A DNA stretch of 64,000 nucleotides, from positions 90,049 through 154,048 of IMG/VR virus record IMGVR_UViG_3300021420_000016; one strand, 5' to 3'. The notes under the pieces are model-generated. The model did no database searches, had not been told where the DNA came from, and saw only the letters and a list, made by a program, of their open reading frames with translations. Below, piece by piece: positions 8,860 to 18,619 of the stretch. The position numbers and the translations under genes were made by a program. How positions within the stretch are numbered: the stretch's first letter is position 1; each line of letters opens with the position of its first letter. The stretch comes from a virus.

Positions 8860-10261
8860 GGCGTGCCGCCTTGCCCGGCGAGGGACACGAGGGCTTTCTC
8901 CCGGCTGGCCATGGTGCGGCCGATGTCGATGCGCGCGTGCAGCGCCTTGAGGGATTCGCGCTGCCGGCGCACCGCGGCGACGGCCTTGCCCCAGGTGCGC
9001 CACTGCGCGTCGGTGCCGGCGATGGCCCGCTGCTTGCGGTCCTCCAGCGTCCCGGCCGCTTCGGCGTATGCGGCAGCGAACGCCTTGCGGAAGTCGCCTT
9101 CGGTGTCGACGGCGAGTTCTTCCAGTTCGGCGAGCAGCGTGATCTCGGTTTCCAGGTCGCGGCCGAGCGCGCCAAGATGCCGGATGACCGCATCCCCGTC
9201 GAAGACGTGCGCGTCACCCAGCGGGCCGGCAGGATTAATGGGCAATTCTTGCCCCCCGCTGCGGGCAGGGCCTTCCACCGGTCGCGCAGGAAGGTGGCGA
9301 GTTCCTCGAACACCTTCTCTTCGGCGTCGCCGCTGGTGCAGACGTGGTCCTCGTCGATGCGCAGTTCCACGGCCTCACTGGCGAGGCTGGCGACCTCTTC
9401 GCGGGTGGTGGCCTGCCAGGCATCGGCGACGATCCGCTGCCAGGCTTCGTCCAGATCAACGGGCGGATCCGCCGGTACCGGGGCGGGCGGGCGGGGCGCA
9501 GGGAGGGCGCGGCGCTGCTGACCGGGGGCGGGCGGCAACTGGGCGGCCAGCCCCTCCCCCAGGGCGCCGGTGACGAGCTCGCGGGGAGTGTTGAGCAGTT
9601 CGAACACCGGCACCGGGTACCGGCGGGTCTTCCCGTCGGTGACGCGGCTTTGGTGGTCGATCCAGAACCGGGCGGGCAGGAAGATCCCGGCAGCGCGGGC
9701 CGCTTCCATGATCCGCAGCTTGTAGGCCAGGCCGATAGTGCCGTAGTAGGACTTGGTGCTGAACAGCCACGTGCCCGCGTCGGGCAAATCCTGCAGCACG
9801 GCGTTGACCCGGGCGACCAGCGCACACGCCTTCGGGGTTTTCAGGGCAGCGAGGCGGGCGCGTTCCTTCCCCCGGTCCGCTTCGGGGAATCCGGCGAGCA
9901 GTGGCGCGCACAGGCACGGCCCACCGGATTTTTGCTCGGTGTCGGAGTCGCACCGGCGCGAGCACCCGGCGGCGGTCCACATCTCATACCACATGGTGAT
10001 GGCGCCGATGTCGGGGGGGATGGTCAGCAGCAGCGCGTCAGCTTTGGTGATCACTTCCCACTGGGCGTGGCCGCGGTTGTCCCACGGGCGGGCGGTGCCG
10101 CCGTACAGGTCCGCGGCCGCTTCGATGGCGGCACGGGAGGCGGAGGTGAACCGGAACGTGCTGATGCTCATCGGTTCGCCGCGTTCATTGCGGATGCCGT
10201 TGCGGATGACGCCGACCTGGTAGCCGAGCCGCTGCCGTTTGAGGAGGTCATGGACTGGCAT
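8477..10261 (-). CDS. phiC31 gp3-like (recombination directionality factor family) protein; conserved part ends near 9240 but no stop until 8477
   Basis: G.IR.G..FRFTSASR..IEAAA.LYGG..PW..QWEVIT, YEMW..GC.RRCD, PCLC, GTW..TKSYY, RRYPVPV.E. Confidence 0.75.
   Translation of the reverse strand: MPVHDLLKRQRLGYQVGVIRNGIRNERGEPMSISTFRFTSASRAAIEAAADLYGGTARPWDNRGHAQWEVITKADALLLTIPPDIGAITMWYEMWTAAGCSRRCDSDTEQKSGGPCLCAPLLAGFPEADRGKERARLAALKTPKACALVARVNAVLQDLPDAGTWLFSTKSYYGTIGLAYKLRIMEAARAAGIFLPARFWIDHQSRVTDGKTRRYPVPVFELLNTPRELVTGALGEGLAAQLPPAPGQQRRALPAPRPPAPVPADPPVDLDEAWQRIVADAWQATTREEVASLASEAVELRIDEDHVCTSGDAEEKVFEELATFLRDRWKALPAAGGKNCPLILPARWVTRTSSTGMRSSGILARSAATWKPRSRCSPNWKNSPSTPKATSARRSLPHTPKRPGRWRTASSGPSPAPTRSGAPGARPSPRCAGSANPSRRCTRASTSAAPWPAGRKPSCPSPGKAARRETGRPEASPGPAPGVRPVPLRRRDSRRAGARRPWPGRLVPPRERPGQAGPLPCGMRRLAPVPRAGRPLTGQGCAHGERPARHCAARRPQSAPGHRVPRRGEAAHPHPRGERRPAERPLRSMRGVAR
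8856..9245 (-). CDS. Helical/coiled-coil phage protein
   Basis: Helical ORF ending LKALHARIDIGRTMASREKA; probable TTG start 9245. Confidence 0.6.
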   Translation of the reverse strand: MPINPAGPLGDAHVFDGDAVIRHLGALGRDLETEITLLAELEELAVDTEGDFRKAFAAAYAEAAGTLEDRKQRAIAGTDAQWRTWGKAVAAVRRQRESLKALHARIDIGRTMASREKALVSLAGQGGTP

Positions 10262-11424
10262 CAGGCCGCCTCCGCCAGGCAGGCTGCGGCGGCGGCGCAC
10301 GCCGCGCACCCGGGGATGGGGGCTTCGCCGTCGAGGTGCAGATCGTGGCCGGCGAGGAGACCGCGGATCACCGGCAGGGACTTGGGCCCGATCCCGGGCA
10401 GTTTGAGGCAGTCGGCGGCGGACAGGCAGGCGAGTTCCGCCAGGGTGTCGACGCCAGCTTCGGCGAGACGAGCCGGGACCCGGCCGTGCAGGTCGGCGAC
10501 CCACGGGGGGCGGAGGGTGCCGTCGGGCAGCAGCGGGCAGGCCACCTCCCCCAGCCTGGCCGCGACCGCGCGGCGGCCGTCGTACAGTTCGACGGCCCGG
10601 CGGAGCCGGTTCCACGCGGCGGCGGCGTCGGCGGGTGAGATGAGGATCAGCCGGTACCCGTTTTTGAACCCGGGCCGCAGGTGCAGCACCGCGGTGGCGT
10701 CGACGGCCGGCATGGCTGCGATCTCCCCCAGGGGGAGCAGCGCTTCGGTGCTGTGCGCGTACCCGGCGAGCTGCTCGGGGACGGTGACATCCAGGTTCTT
10801 GCCGGTTTTGACGTCCACCAGGATCGTCACCGACTGGCCCGGGGCGGCCACGAGGCGGCCGTCGCGGGCGATCACGACCCCGTGCAGGGTGATGATCATG
10901 TCGAGGGTGCCGGCGACGCCGAGGGCAAGGTTGAAGACGATCATTTCGGCGGCGTCGAACCGGGGGGCGAAGTCGGCGGCGAAGGCGGTGAACCCGTCGA
11001 TCATCCACGCGACCACGTCGGCCAGCGGCTGGTCGTCATACGTTGCGTTCGCAAGATGCTCAGGCAGGTCCGGGATGGTGACGTTCGCGCCGTGGCCGGG
11101 TTCGGCGGCCCACAGGATCAGCGCTTCCACGACGGCGTGCACGTAGGTGCCGGCGTCCGCCTTCCGCTGGCGGATGATCTCCGCTTGGTCCTTGGCCAGC
11201 TTGACCCCGGCGGCGGGGCCTTCGGTGCGGATGACCCGGGCGATCTGCCGCCAGTTGGTGACGCAGTATTCGGCGATGACCTTCGCCGACCATGGCACCA
11301 GCCACGGCTTGCCGCAGGTGGCGTCCAGTATGCCGGTGTAAGAGGGCAGGCGGCGGCCGGTGGGCGGGTGAATGTACCAGTGCCCGGTGGCGTCGTGGTC
11401 GCGGACCTGCCCGGCGGTGATCAT
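10261..11424 (-). CDS. PD-(D/E)XK (Cas4-like) exonuclease with C-terminal RNAP-alpha-CTD-like HhH domain
   Basis: LPSYTGIL..KPWLVPW, GTYVH, AGTLD, VDVKTGK, QLAGY; C-terminal LAEAGVDTLAEL..LKLPGIGPKSL..I..LL. Confidence 0.8.
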   Translation of the reverse strand: MITAGQVRDHDATGHWYIHPPTGRRLPSYTGILDATCGKPWLVPWSAKVIAEYCVTNWRQIARVIRTEGPAAGVKLAKDQAEIIRQRKADAGTYVHAVVEALILWAAEPGHGANVTIPDLPEHLANATYDDQPLADVVAWMIDGFTAFAADFAPRFDAAEMIVFNLALGVAGTLDMIITLHGVVIARDGRLVAAPGQSVTILVDVKTGKNLDVTVPEQLAGYAHSTEALLPLGEIAAMPAVDATAVLHLRPGFKNGYRLILISPADAAAAWNRLRRAVELYDGRRAVAARLGEVACPLLPDGTLRPPWVADLHGRVPARLAEAGVDTLAELACLSAADCLKLPGIGPKSLPVIRGLLAGHDLHLDGEAPIPGCAACAAAAACLAEAA

Positions 11425-12648
11425 GCCGCGTGGCCTGTGTCCGCAGGCGCCGCGAGGCCGGCTTGGCGGCCCCGCGTGCCGGTGCCGTGCAGCAGCAGGT
11501 CTTCCAGTGCGGCGACACGCTGGGCGGCGTTGTCCAGCCGGGTTTCGTAGGGCAGTTCGTCGTCGATACCGAGGGGCCCATCGGCCCATGCCTCGTGGTT
11601 GAGCCCGTCGAGGTGCGCGAGGTCGGTGAGGTAGTCCGCCCACGAGCAGCCCAGGCAGATGCCGCAGGTGCAGTCCAGCGGGAACGGGTCGTCGTTCATG
11701 GACGCGTGCACGGTGCTGGCCAGCATGATTTCCCGGACGGCGGGGCCGAATTTCTCCCAGTCCCGGGCCAGCCACCGCAACGTGGTGCGCCGGTCTTCCA
11801 CGGTGGGGGTGCGCGCGGTGACGGTCATGCCGGCACCGCCACGGGCAGTTCACCGGCGTCGATCGCGCGCAGGATCCCCGAGTCGGTGAGCCAGTCCCGC
11901 TGCTCGTCGTATTCGACATCGGGGCCGAACAGGTGGGCGAAGTCGAGCCTGTTCTGCAGTTCCTGGGCGTGCTCTTGCAGCCGGGCAACCTCGGCCCGCA
12001 GCCGGGCGGCTTCCCGGTGTTCGTTCGCCGCGACCCGCTGCGCCATGGCGGCGAAGGTGGCGGCGACGCCGAACGCGGGTGCCAGCATGGGCGGCAGGAC
12101 CCGGCCGTAGGCGCGGGCCCGGCCCATCCGCCAGACCTTGGCGGGGACGCGCCGCGGGGACACCGGGGCATCCGCGATCGGCACGGTCATGAAGTCATCG
12201 AGCGGGGCGGTTGCCGCGACCGGCGGCGCGGCGGGCAGGTATTCCTCGTGTGCTGCGCCACGCTGCTCGCCGGCCAGTCGCTGCATCCAGGCGATGGTGT
12301 CCTCGTCGGCGGGCTGCTGCAGTGGTTCCGCTGTGCGGTGCTGCCCCGCGTAGTCGTAGTCGCGGCTGCCATCCCATCTGTCCGAGCGGACCAGCAGGAT
12401 GAGGGTGACAATCACCGCGACGATGGCGGCGGCGCAGACGATGAGCAGGATCACGCTACGTCCTCCAGGGCTTTGCGCTCCAGCTCGGCGATCTTCTTGT
12501 CCAGTTCCTCGGGCGTGTCGGCGTCCTCGGTGGTGCCGCAGCCCGCCGGGTCGAAACTGTGCGCCGCGGCGGCCCACACGTGGCCGCTGCGGGTCTGGTA
12601 GGCGTGCCAGCCGGGGTGATGCTGGCTGATCTCGGTGAGGGTCATCAC
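11421..12648 (-). CDS. Three coupled hypothetical genes (11421-11828; 11825-12454 with N-terminal TM; 12451-12648)
   Basis: 4-nt start/stop overlaps. Confidence 0.65.
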
Positions 12649-12673
12649 CGGGCCTTCTTTCCGTGCAGAGAGG

Positions 12674-12946
12674 CTAGGCGGCGTCGGGCGTCGCGTCTTC
12701 GGCCAGTTCCAGGTCCGGGACCGGCATGAGGTAGATGTCGGCCCACCGCAGGTTCAGGGCGATGAGGTAGGCGTCCAGCAAGGTCTTGCTGACCGGCCGG
12801 CCGGCGCGCTCCAGGTTGCTGATGGTGCCGCTGCCGCGTACAGGGACGCCACATTCGGCCATCCGGCGCTTCACGTCTTCCTGGGACAGGCCCATGCACT
12901 TGCGGAGGGTTCCGAGCGAGACACAGGGAAGGCTGCGTGATGACAT
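12674..12946 (-). CDS. Cro-like XRE HTH protein, probably leaderless
   Basis: LGTLRKCMGLSQEDV..GTISNLERAGR; first gene of the leftward operon. Confidence 0.8.
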   Translation of the reverse strand: MSSRSLPCVSLGTLRKCMGLSQEDVKRRMAECGVPVRGSGTISNLERAGRPVSKTLLDAYLIALNLRWADIYLMPVPDLELAEDATPDAA

Positions 12947-12952
12947 AGTGAA

Positions 12953-12982
12953 AGGATAGGGAAAGAACCGGAAAGTGCGCAA
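12953..12982 (-). promoter_or_regulatory. Leftward promoter for the Cro-like gene
   Basis: TTGCGC-18 nt-TATCCT, 6 nt before the ATG. Confidence 0.5.
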
Positions 12983-13091
12983 GAGATTCTGGGGATGTCT
13001 TCGTGGAAAGTTGGCGTCATACGCGCTACCCTGCCTGGAGATGGCAGAGCCGCCGCATCCCCCGACGACGAAGGCCGCAGGATCCACGGGC

Positions 13092-13676
13092 ATGACAGTT
13101 TTTGCTGCAGACGACGAGCTGGCTGGGTACCGGAAGGGCCTCGGCCGGCACGCTCGCCGCCGCCGCCGGTTCCTGAATCTCACCATGAGGGATGTCGCGG
13201 CCCGCGGTGGCCCGTCGGTGGTGACGCTGCGGCAACTGGAAAAAGGCGACGACGTCGCCTGGCACCCCACTACGCTGCGCAAACTCGACAGGGCGCTGGA
13301 CTGGGTGCCCGGCTCCGCCTCGGCCACCCTGGAAGGCGGCAGGCCGTCGGAACTGACGCTGTCGGTGCCGCCGGACCGCAGCCGGCCGAAGGGCGTTAGC
13401 CCAGGGCTGCGGCTCATGGCCGATATCGCCAGGGTGCTGTACGCCGCCGGCCGCAGCACCGACGAGGTCACCGGCCTGTTCGCCGAACTGGGCCTGCCCC
13501 GGCACAGTGACCTGGAAATCCACGAGTGGATGCTCGTGGCGCAAATGCTTGGCGTCACCCTCGGCACAGTGCTCACGGAGTTCAACGTGGTCACCGCCGA
13601 CGATCTGGCACTGGAGTTCGCCCCGTCCCCCCTGCCGCCGGTGCCTGGTCTGCGTGAGGAGCGCCGCCGGGCCTGA
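13092..13676 (+). CDS. Immunity-repressor-like XRE HTH protein (start uncertain, 13041 or 13092)
   Basis: LGRHARRRRRFLNLTMRDVAARGGPSVVTLRQLEKG..TLRKLDRALDWVPGS; divergent from the Cro-like gene. Confidence 0.75.
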   Translation: MTVFAADDELAGYRKGLGRHARRRRRFLNLTMRDVAARGGPSVVTLRQLEKGDDVAWHPTTLRKLDRALDWVPGSASATLEGGRPSELTLSVPPDRSRPKGVSPGLRLMADIARVLYAAGRSTDEVTGLFAELGLPRHSDLEIHEWMLVAQMLGVTLGTVLTEFNVVTADDLALEFAPSPLPPVPGLREERRRA

Positions 13677-13696
13677 CATCAGAGGGGGGAACCACT

Positions 13697-14650
13697 GTGC
13701 CGTGGTGGCGCCGTGACCGCGCCTTGCGCCGTCGTGACCGTGACCGTATCCAGATCGCGACCCTGACCGAGATTGCCCAGCTCCGCGAGATGCTGTCTCG
13801 CGCGCAGGACCGGAACGCCGGCCCGGTGCACCCGCTGCTACTCCAGGCGGTCGCCGCCCCGGGCCGCGACGGGGACCTGCTGCGCCTGCAGGCCCGCGGC
13901 GTGGAATTCCTGGCCATTGTCGCCCCGGGCACCGATTCTGCCGAGAGCATCTGGGAACGCGCCGCCGGGCTGGCTGTCGCCGTGGGCGCTGCGGGGCGCC
14001 CGGTCGCCGGGCCGCATGAGGTGGTCCAGGTCGCCTACCGCGTGTTCCCCGACGGCTTGCACGCCATCGGGGTCGCCGGGCGACGGCAGGGGGAACTGCT
14101 CGCTTTCGTGTCCACGTCGCTGCATCCCGCTGACCAGCGGGCAGCGGTGCGCCGCCTGGACCGCGCGGCGCCCGGCCGGCACAGCATCATGCCCCTGGCG
14201 GCGCCTGCGCCGTTCGCCTTACTGTTCCGCCACCACCCCGTCGCTGCCGCGATCGGCACAGCAGCCGCCGGGACCGCAACGGCCGCCACGATCGTGGCTC
14301 TGCAAGCGCCCCCCGCCGCCCCGTTCTTGCGCCCGCAGCCCAGGGCACTGCCGACGCCTGCGGTGCACACGGCGCGGGCCGCTCCTGCTGCCCCCGCCCA
14401 GATCGGCCACCGGCGGCACCACCGCCGTGGCCTGCGGGACAACTCCCGCGCGGGGCAGTTGCAGCGGATCCACGCGGTGCACGCGAGTACCCCGTTCACG
14501 GCGCCGATGATCCCCGCGGCATCTCCGTCCCCCACCGGGCTGCTCCCGCCGTTCCCGGCGCCGGTACAGACACCCGGGCGGGCCTGCGTGGAAATCGTGC
14601 ACGTCAAGGTGTGCGCGCAAGTGACGCCGCCACCCGTGCTGCGGTTCTAG
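13697..14650 (+). CDS. Putative membrane-anchored protein with Pro-rich tail
   Basis: RBS, long ORF, hydrophobic Ala-rich segment; follows the repressor. Confidence 0.55.
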   Translation: MPWWRRDRALRRRDRDRIQIATLTEIAQLREMLSRAQDRNAGPVHPLLLQAVAAPGRDGDLLRLQARGVEFLAIVAPGTDSAESIWERAAGLAVAVGAAGRPVAGPHEVVQVAYRVFPDGLHAIGVAGRRQGELLAFVSTSLHPADQRAAVRRLDRAAPGRHSIMPLAAPAPFALLFRHHPVAAAIGTAAAGTATAATIVALQAPPAAPFLRPQPRALPTPAVHTARAAPAAPAQIGHRRHHRRGLRDNSRAGQLQRIHAVHASTPFTAPMIPAASPSPTGLLPPFPAPVQTPGRACVEIVHVKVCAQVTPPPVLRF

Positions 14651-14660
14651 GCAGGAAGGG

Positions 14661-15044
14661 CTAGCGGGCCCCTGCCGCGCCCCGCAGCGAGGTCACCGAA
14701 GCGCCGCGATCCCGGTCGGCCATCGCCTGGTACATGGTGTCTGCGCCGAGCTGAAACACCTCGACGGTCCGGCCGAAAACGGCGACGAGCCACAGGGCTG
14801 TCGTGACGAAGCCCAGGGTGGCTGCGGCGGCCATCGCTACGGCCACTGACCCGGCAGATGCTCCCGTCAGCCACACGTAAAGGCCCCAGCCCCAGAACGC
14901 GGCGCTGGCCCCAGTGCCAGCGATGGCAAGCCTTTTCACGCGGCCCCTCCCCTGTCTCGGCCGTACCTGCTCATACCAGGCGGCACAGTAGCCGCGTGCC
15001 CGGTTTACCACTGGAAGCTTACTGAGTGCAACCACTGTGTTCAC
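14661..15044 (-). CDS. Two-TM membrane protein
   Basis: GGGAGG RBS, GTG 15044, two hydrophobic helices. Confidence 0.55.
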   Translation of the reverse strand: MNTVVALSKLPVVNRARGYCAAWYEQVRPRQGRGRVKRLAIAGTGASAAFWGWGLYVWLTGASAGSVAVAMAAAATLGFVTTALWLVAVFGRTVEVFQLGADTMYQAMADRDRGASVTSLRGAAGAR

Positions 15045-15136
15045 GTTTCGGCCTCCCAGTTGTGACTTGCCGTTACCGGGGCACATATGACCAGTCCGTC
15101 TTCGGTGCCGTTGCCGGATCGGATGGCATCGGCGGG

Positions 15137-15898
15137 CTAAGCAGCCCTGCGGGCGAACTGGGGGCCGAGATCGGTGCGCGATGCCTGGCGGATGGCCCGC
15201 TCGATCCGCGCTTGGCCCGCTGGGTCCTGGAGAACCTTCCAGTAGGCGTACGTCCCCGGCTCCATCCGCCATCCGTGCCCGCTGATCCGCCGGGTGACGA
15301 CGGCACAGCCGGAGTCAAGGGAGGCATTGGTTGCCGCCCAGAACACCGACCCGGAGGTGCGGCCAACGACGGGGGCGAGGTCGGCGACCCAGCCGGCCCG
15401 GTAGTGATCCCAGAACCCCGAGCCGGCGAAGTCCTGCCGGGTGAATGGTGGCCATTGCGGCTCCGGGAGATCCGCGCGGGGCATCCCCGACCATGCGGGC
15501 AGATTGTCCCAGTCTTCGTCGGCATAGAACGGGAAGATGGCGGTGATGCCGCCGCCGTCGCGCCAGCCGAACAGGGAGCCGTCCCGCGGGATGGGCACCG
15601 CCGAGGCGACTAGGCGCGCGGCGTCGCCAGGGATGCCCCCGCCGAGGCTTTCGACCCCGCCAGCGGAATCTGCGATCACGCTATCCCGGGCGTTTTTCCA
15701 GGGCGACAGGGTGATGAACGGGCGCGGGATGCCACTGAGGACGCGCTGCAGAATGTGGAACGCACGGCCGGGGCTGCCCAGGACCATCCGGTCCTGGGTG
15801 CCGTCGGCAGTGACGGGCTCGACCGCGAGCGGGTAGGTGTCGAACAGTGCACTAAATTCCTCGTACAGGGTGCCAGGCATCTGATGTGGCTCCTTCAA
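15137..15898 (-). CDS. Hypothetical protein, Trp-rich
   Basis: 253-codon ORF with protein-like composition; AAGGAG RBS before ATG 15880. Confidence 0.6.
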   Translation of the reverse strand: MKEPHQMPGTLYEEFSALFDTYPLAVEPVTADGTQDRMVLGSPGRAFHILQRVLSGIPRPFITLSPWKNARDSVIADSAGGVESLGGGIPGDAARLVASAVPIPRDGSLFGWRDGGGITAIFPFYADEDWDNLPAWSGMPRADLPEPQWPPFTRQDFAGSGFWDHYRAGWVADLAPVVGRTSGSVFWAATNASLDSGCAVVTRRISGHGWRMEPGTYAYWKVLQDPAGQARIERAIRQASRTDLGPQFARRAA

Positions 15899-15982
15899 TT
15901 CATTTCGGTTCTGGCCGGCCCGTAATTTTGGCAGCCGGTTTTGCGCCGCGCGTAAGGCCCCTTCTCTTTCGCCTTCCTTTTG

Positions 15983-17182
15983 TCAGCCCACGCGGCCTAC
16001 CGGTTGCGGCCCCAGCAGTACTTCATCGATTCGGTTCCTTCCCCAAGTGCGGCTGCGGCCGGGGAACATTCCCGCCAGCCGGCGGTCCGTTAGGGGTTTG
16101 CCTCTTACGACCGAGCGCCGGTAGGCCTCGCGCGCTTCGCGGGCCTGCGCCTCGCGGTCGAGCGGAACGGCGGCCGCTGCGGGTGGCCCGCTGGCCCCTG
16201 GCGCGCCGGTGGCTTCTGGCGTAGGCTCCTGGCCCGGCGAGCCGGTGGCTCCCAGGGTGGCTCCCGCCACCGGCCCCCCGGTAGAAGCCGGTGGCTCTCC
16301 GGTGGCCTTTCCGATGGCTTCTGCGGGTGGCATGTCCGTGGCACGCCCGCCGGTGGCACGCCGGGTGGCTTCCCTGGCTCCTGGCTCGTGCCGTTTGTGG
16401 CCGATCGCCACGGAGGGCCGATCCTGGAGAACAGCATCGGCGACGGCAGTGGCGACCGCCGACTCCCATCCGCCAGTGAGTCCCTCCCCCACCGCCGCAG
16501 TGACAGCCGCAGTGACAGCGTCGCCCAGGCGCCCCTTGCGGATGTTCGACCGCAGCAGCGCTGGCGCGTGCGCGAAGTACCGCCACCGGCCGCCGTACTG
16601 GGCCCGGGCCAGGTCCCGCATGTGCTTGCGGGCGTCTTCGAGGGCGCAGGCCAGCCGGTAGGACTGGATGTTCTGCAGCACCATGCGCCGCTTCAGCTTC
16701 ACCGTCCCCCACGGGTCGAGCACCCACCTTGCCAGCGGCACCGGGTCGGCGTGTTCCACCTGCCGGATGTCGGCAAGCTGCCGCCACCGGGTGAGCTCCA
16801 GGAACACGATCCACAGCGCGGGCATGATCGCGTGCAGGGTGCGGCCCAGCCAGTCGTGCGGCGGGCTGCCGTGGATGTTGACGTAGATGGTGCCCAGCGA
16901 CAGCGCCCACGCCAGCGCCCGGGGCACCAGGTCGCTGCGCTTGCGCCGGCGCAGCTTGGCGGCCTCGTTCATCAGCGCCAGAATGCCGACGTCGATGCCG
17001 ATGGGGTACAGCGCCGGCCAGCCGGGCAGCCCGTGCGCGGCGGCCTGGCGGGAAACCGTCTGGAACGACACCGCGAACCCGATCCCGGCGACGCCGAGCA
17101 GCAGCGGGTTGTCGGCCAGCGGGCTCGCGGTGACCGCGGCCCAGCCACTTTTCAGCCCAGATTTGGCCTGAATCCTTGACAT
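15983..17182 (-). CDS. DUF2637 / SpdA-like membrane protein
   Basis: GFAVSFQTV..LYPIGIDVGIL..IYVNI..HAIMPALW..RWVLDPWGT..RRMVL; C-terminal HTH (LTDRRLAGMFPGRSRTWGR). Confidence 0.8.
   Translation of the reverse strand: MSRIQAKSGLKSGWAAVTASPLADNPLLLGVAGIGFAVSFQTVSRQAAAHGLPGWPALYPIGIDVGILALMNEAAKLRRRKRSDLVPRALAWALSLGTIYVNIHGSPPHDWLGRTLHAIMPALWIVFLELTRWRQLADIRQVEHADPVPLARWVLDPWGTVKLKRRMVLQNIQSYRLACALEDARKHMRDLARAQYGGRWRYFAHAPALLRSNIRKGRLGDAVTAAVTAAVGEGLTGGWESAVATAVADAVLQDRPSVAIGHKRHEPGAREATRRATGGRATDMPPAEAIGKATGEPPASTGGPVAGATLGATGSPGQEPTPEATGAPGASGPPAAAAVPLDREAQAREAREAYRRSVVRGKPLTDRRLAGMFPGRSRTWGRNRIDEVLLGPQPVGRVG
16180..16370. repeat. Cluster of 8-bp repeats CCGGTGGC (candidate clt / TraB recognition sequences)
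   Basis: Exact at 16206, 16242, 16288, 16299, 16350; inverted at 16266; variants at 16180, 16254, 16311, 16324, 16335, 16362. Confidence 0.65.
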
Positions 17183-17297
17183 GGTGGCTCCCTTATGGTC
17201 TAATCGCGCGCGTGCACGCGTATACGCCTATACCTGTGTACGCATAGGGCGCCTGAACAGGCGCCCCTCCCCCGGGGGAGGGGAGGGGCTGCGGCCG

Positions 17298-18619
17298 TCA
17301 CGGCGCACCCCAGGCCGGGAACGGCCTGCCGTAGCCGGGGCAGTCCGGCGCCCCGTCCCAGTCGAATGGGTCAAAGATGGCCCTGGTGAGGCGAGGTAGC
17401 GGGCCGGTGCTGTAATAGGCCGCGCACCGCTGGGCCAGTTCCGCAGCCTCATCGAGACTGGAGCGCCCAGTGGAACCTAGGCCGGCGGCGAGGGTGTCCC
17501 AGCCTGTGTACACCCACACTCCCCCGCCCGCGGCGGCGGCGGCCGCCCGCTGCTGCCATGCGCAGCCGATGACGTAGCCGTCAGCGTCTGCGGGGCCGCC
17601 GTAGGCGGCGTAGAAGCAGATCACGATTGCGGCGCTGGGGACGCCGGGCCGCAGCCAGCGGACGGCAAACGCCTGGCCGCCGGCGCACCCGTCATCCTGG
17701 GCGACAGCGGCATCCCACGTCCGGTACGGCTCCCCGGCGGGGATCCACCGCTCGCGACCGGGGGCCGGCGCGGGTGCCGCCGGGTGCCGCCAGCGCCTCA
17801 GCACGGTGGCACCCCATTCCAGGACAGGCACGCCGGGAGGCCACCAGGGAAGCCACCCCACGTGCCACCGCAAGCCAATGCCACGACGGCATCAAGAGCC
17901 GCGTCGATGGCACTTTCTGGCTTGGCGAACCACAGCCGGGCGTGGTCCGTGCCGTAGGCCTGCCACGGGCCGCATGCCAGCCGGTACCGGCACGCGACCC
18001 CGTACGAGGGCCACCCGGGCTCCTGCCCGGTGGCGTACAGCCAGACGGTCACCTGAGCACTGGGCTGGCCGGGCCGGGTGAACCGGGCCCCGTACGCGAC
18101 GTCACTGACGCAATAGCGGTCAGACGCAAGCGCGGAATCGCAGGCCTGCGGTTCGCCGCCGTCCGGCAGCCATTTCAGTTCGGCCTGCGCGGGCACTAAT
18201 GCGGGCGCGGGAATTGTCATGACAGGCCTCCTTTATTCCGGCCTTCGCCTAGTGTTGATGACGATGGCGACTATGGCGCCGGCAACGATGGCGACGGCGG
18301 CCACGAGCGGCCAGCCCGACAGCAGTGAATGTGCCGGGGAATGCGCGGCCTGGTGGATGATGATCGTCCGCCGCGGAGCGGCCGCCGGCGGCGTGGCGTG
18401 GCCGGCCCGGGCGGCGAAGCACGCCAGCCCGGCTGCGGCCAGCAGCGCGGCGATCCAGCCGCCGGAATGTGAACACGACGCTGGCAGTGCTGGCGCGGGC
18501 CGCATGAGCCACCAGAGAACGGCGATGATCGCGGCAATGATCGCGGTGGCGAGAACATGGTGGCCGGCCCAGTGGGCGATCACGCCCAGCACGTGGGGGG
18601 CGGTGGCTGTGTTACGCAT
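17298..18619 (-). CDS. Three hypothetical genes downstream of ftsK (17298-17804; 17798-18220; 18233-18619 multi-TM)
   Basis: Coupled ORFs with RBS. Confidence 0.55.

Noticed and set aside
9344-11146. Long antisense ORFs (also 18219-19709, 26230-27942, 46852-48249)
   Set aside because: Shadow ORFs opposite well-supported genes, expected in high-GC DNA
10261-11424. Cas4 as evidence of CRISPR-Cas
   Set aside because: Stand-alone phage PD-(D/E)XK exonuclease in a recombination context
17840-17885. Second GCCAC repeat cluster as another clt
   Set aside because: Only a 5-bp core with variable flanks; plausible by chance in GC-rich coding DNA
18241-18251. Additional 10-mer copy (gccttcgcct)
   Set aside because: Mismatch in the SD part, about 20 nt from the start, and a normal AGGAGG RBS is present
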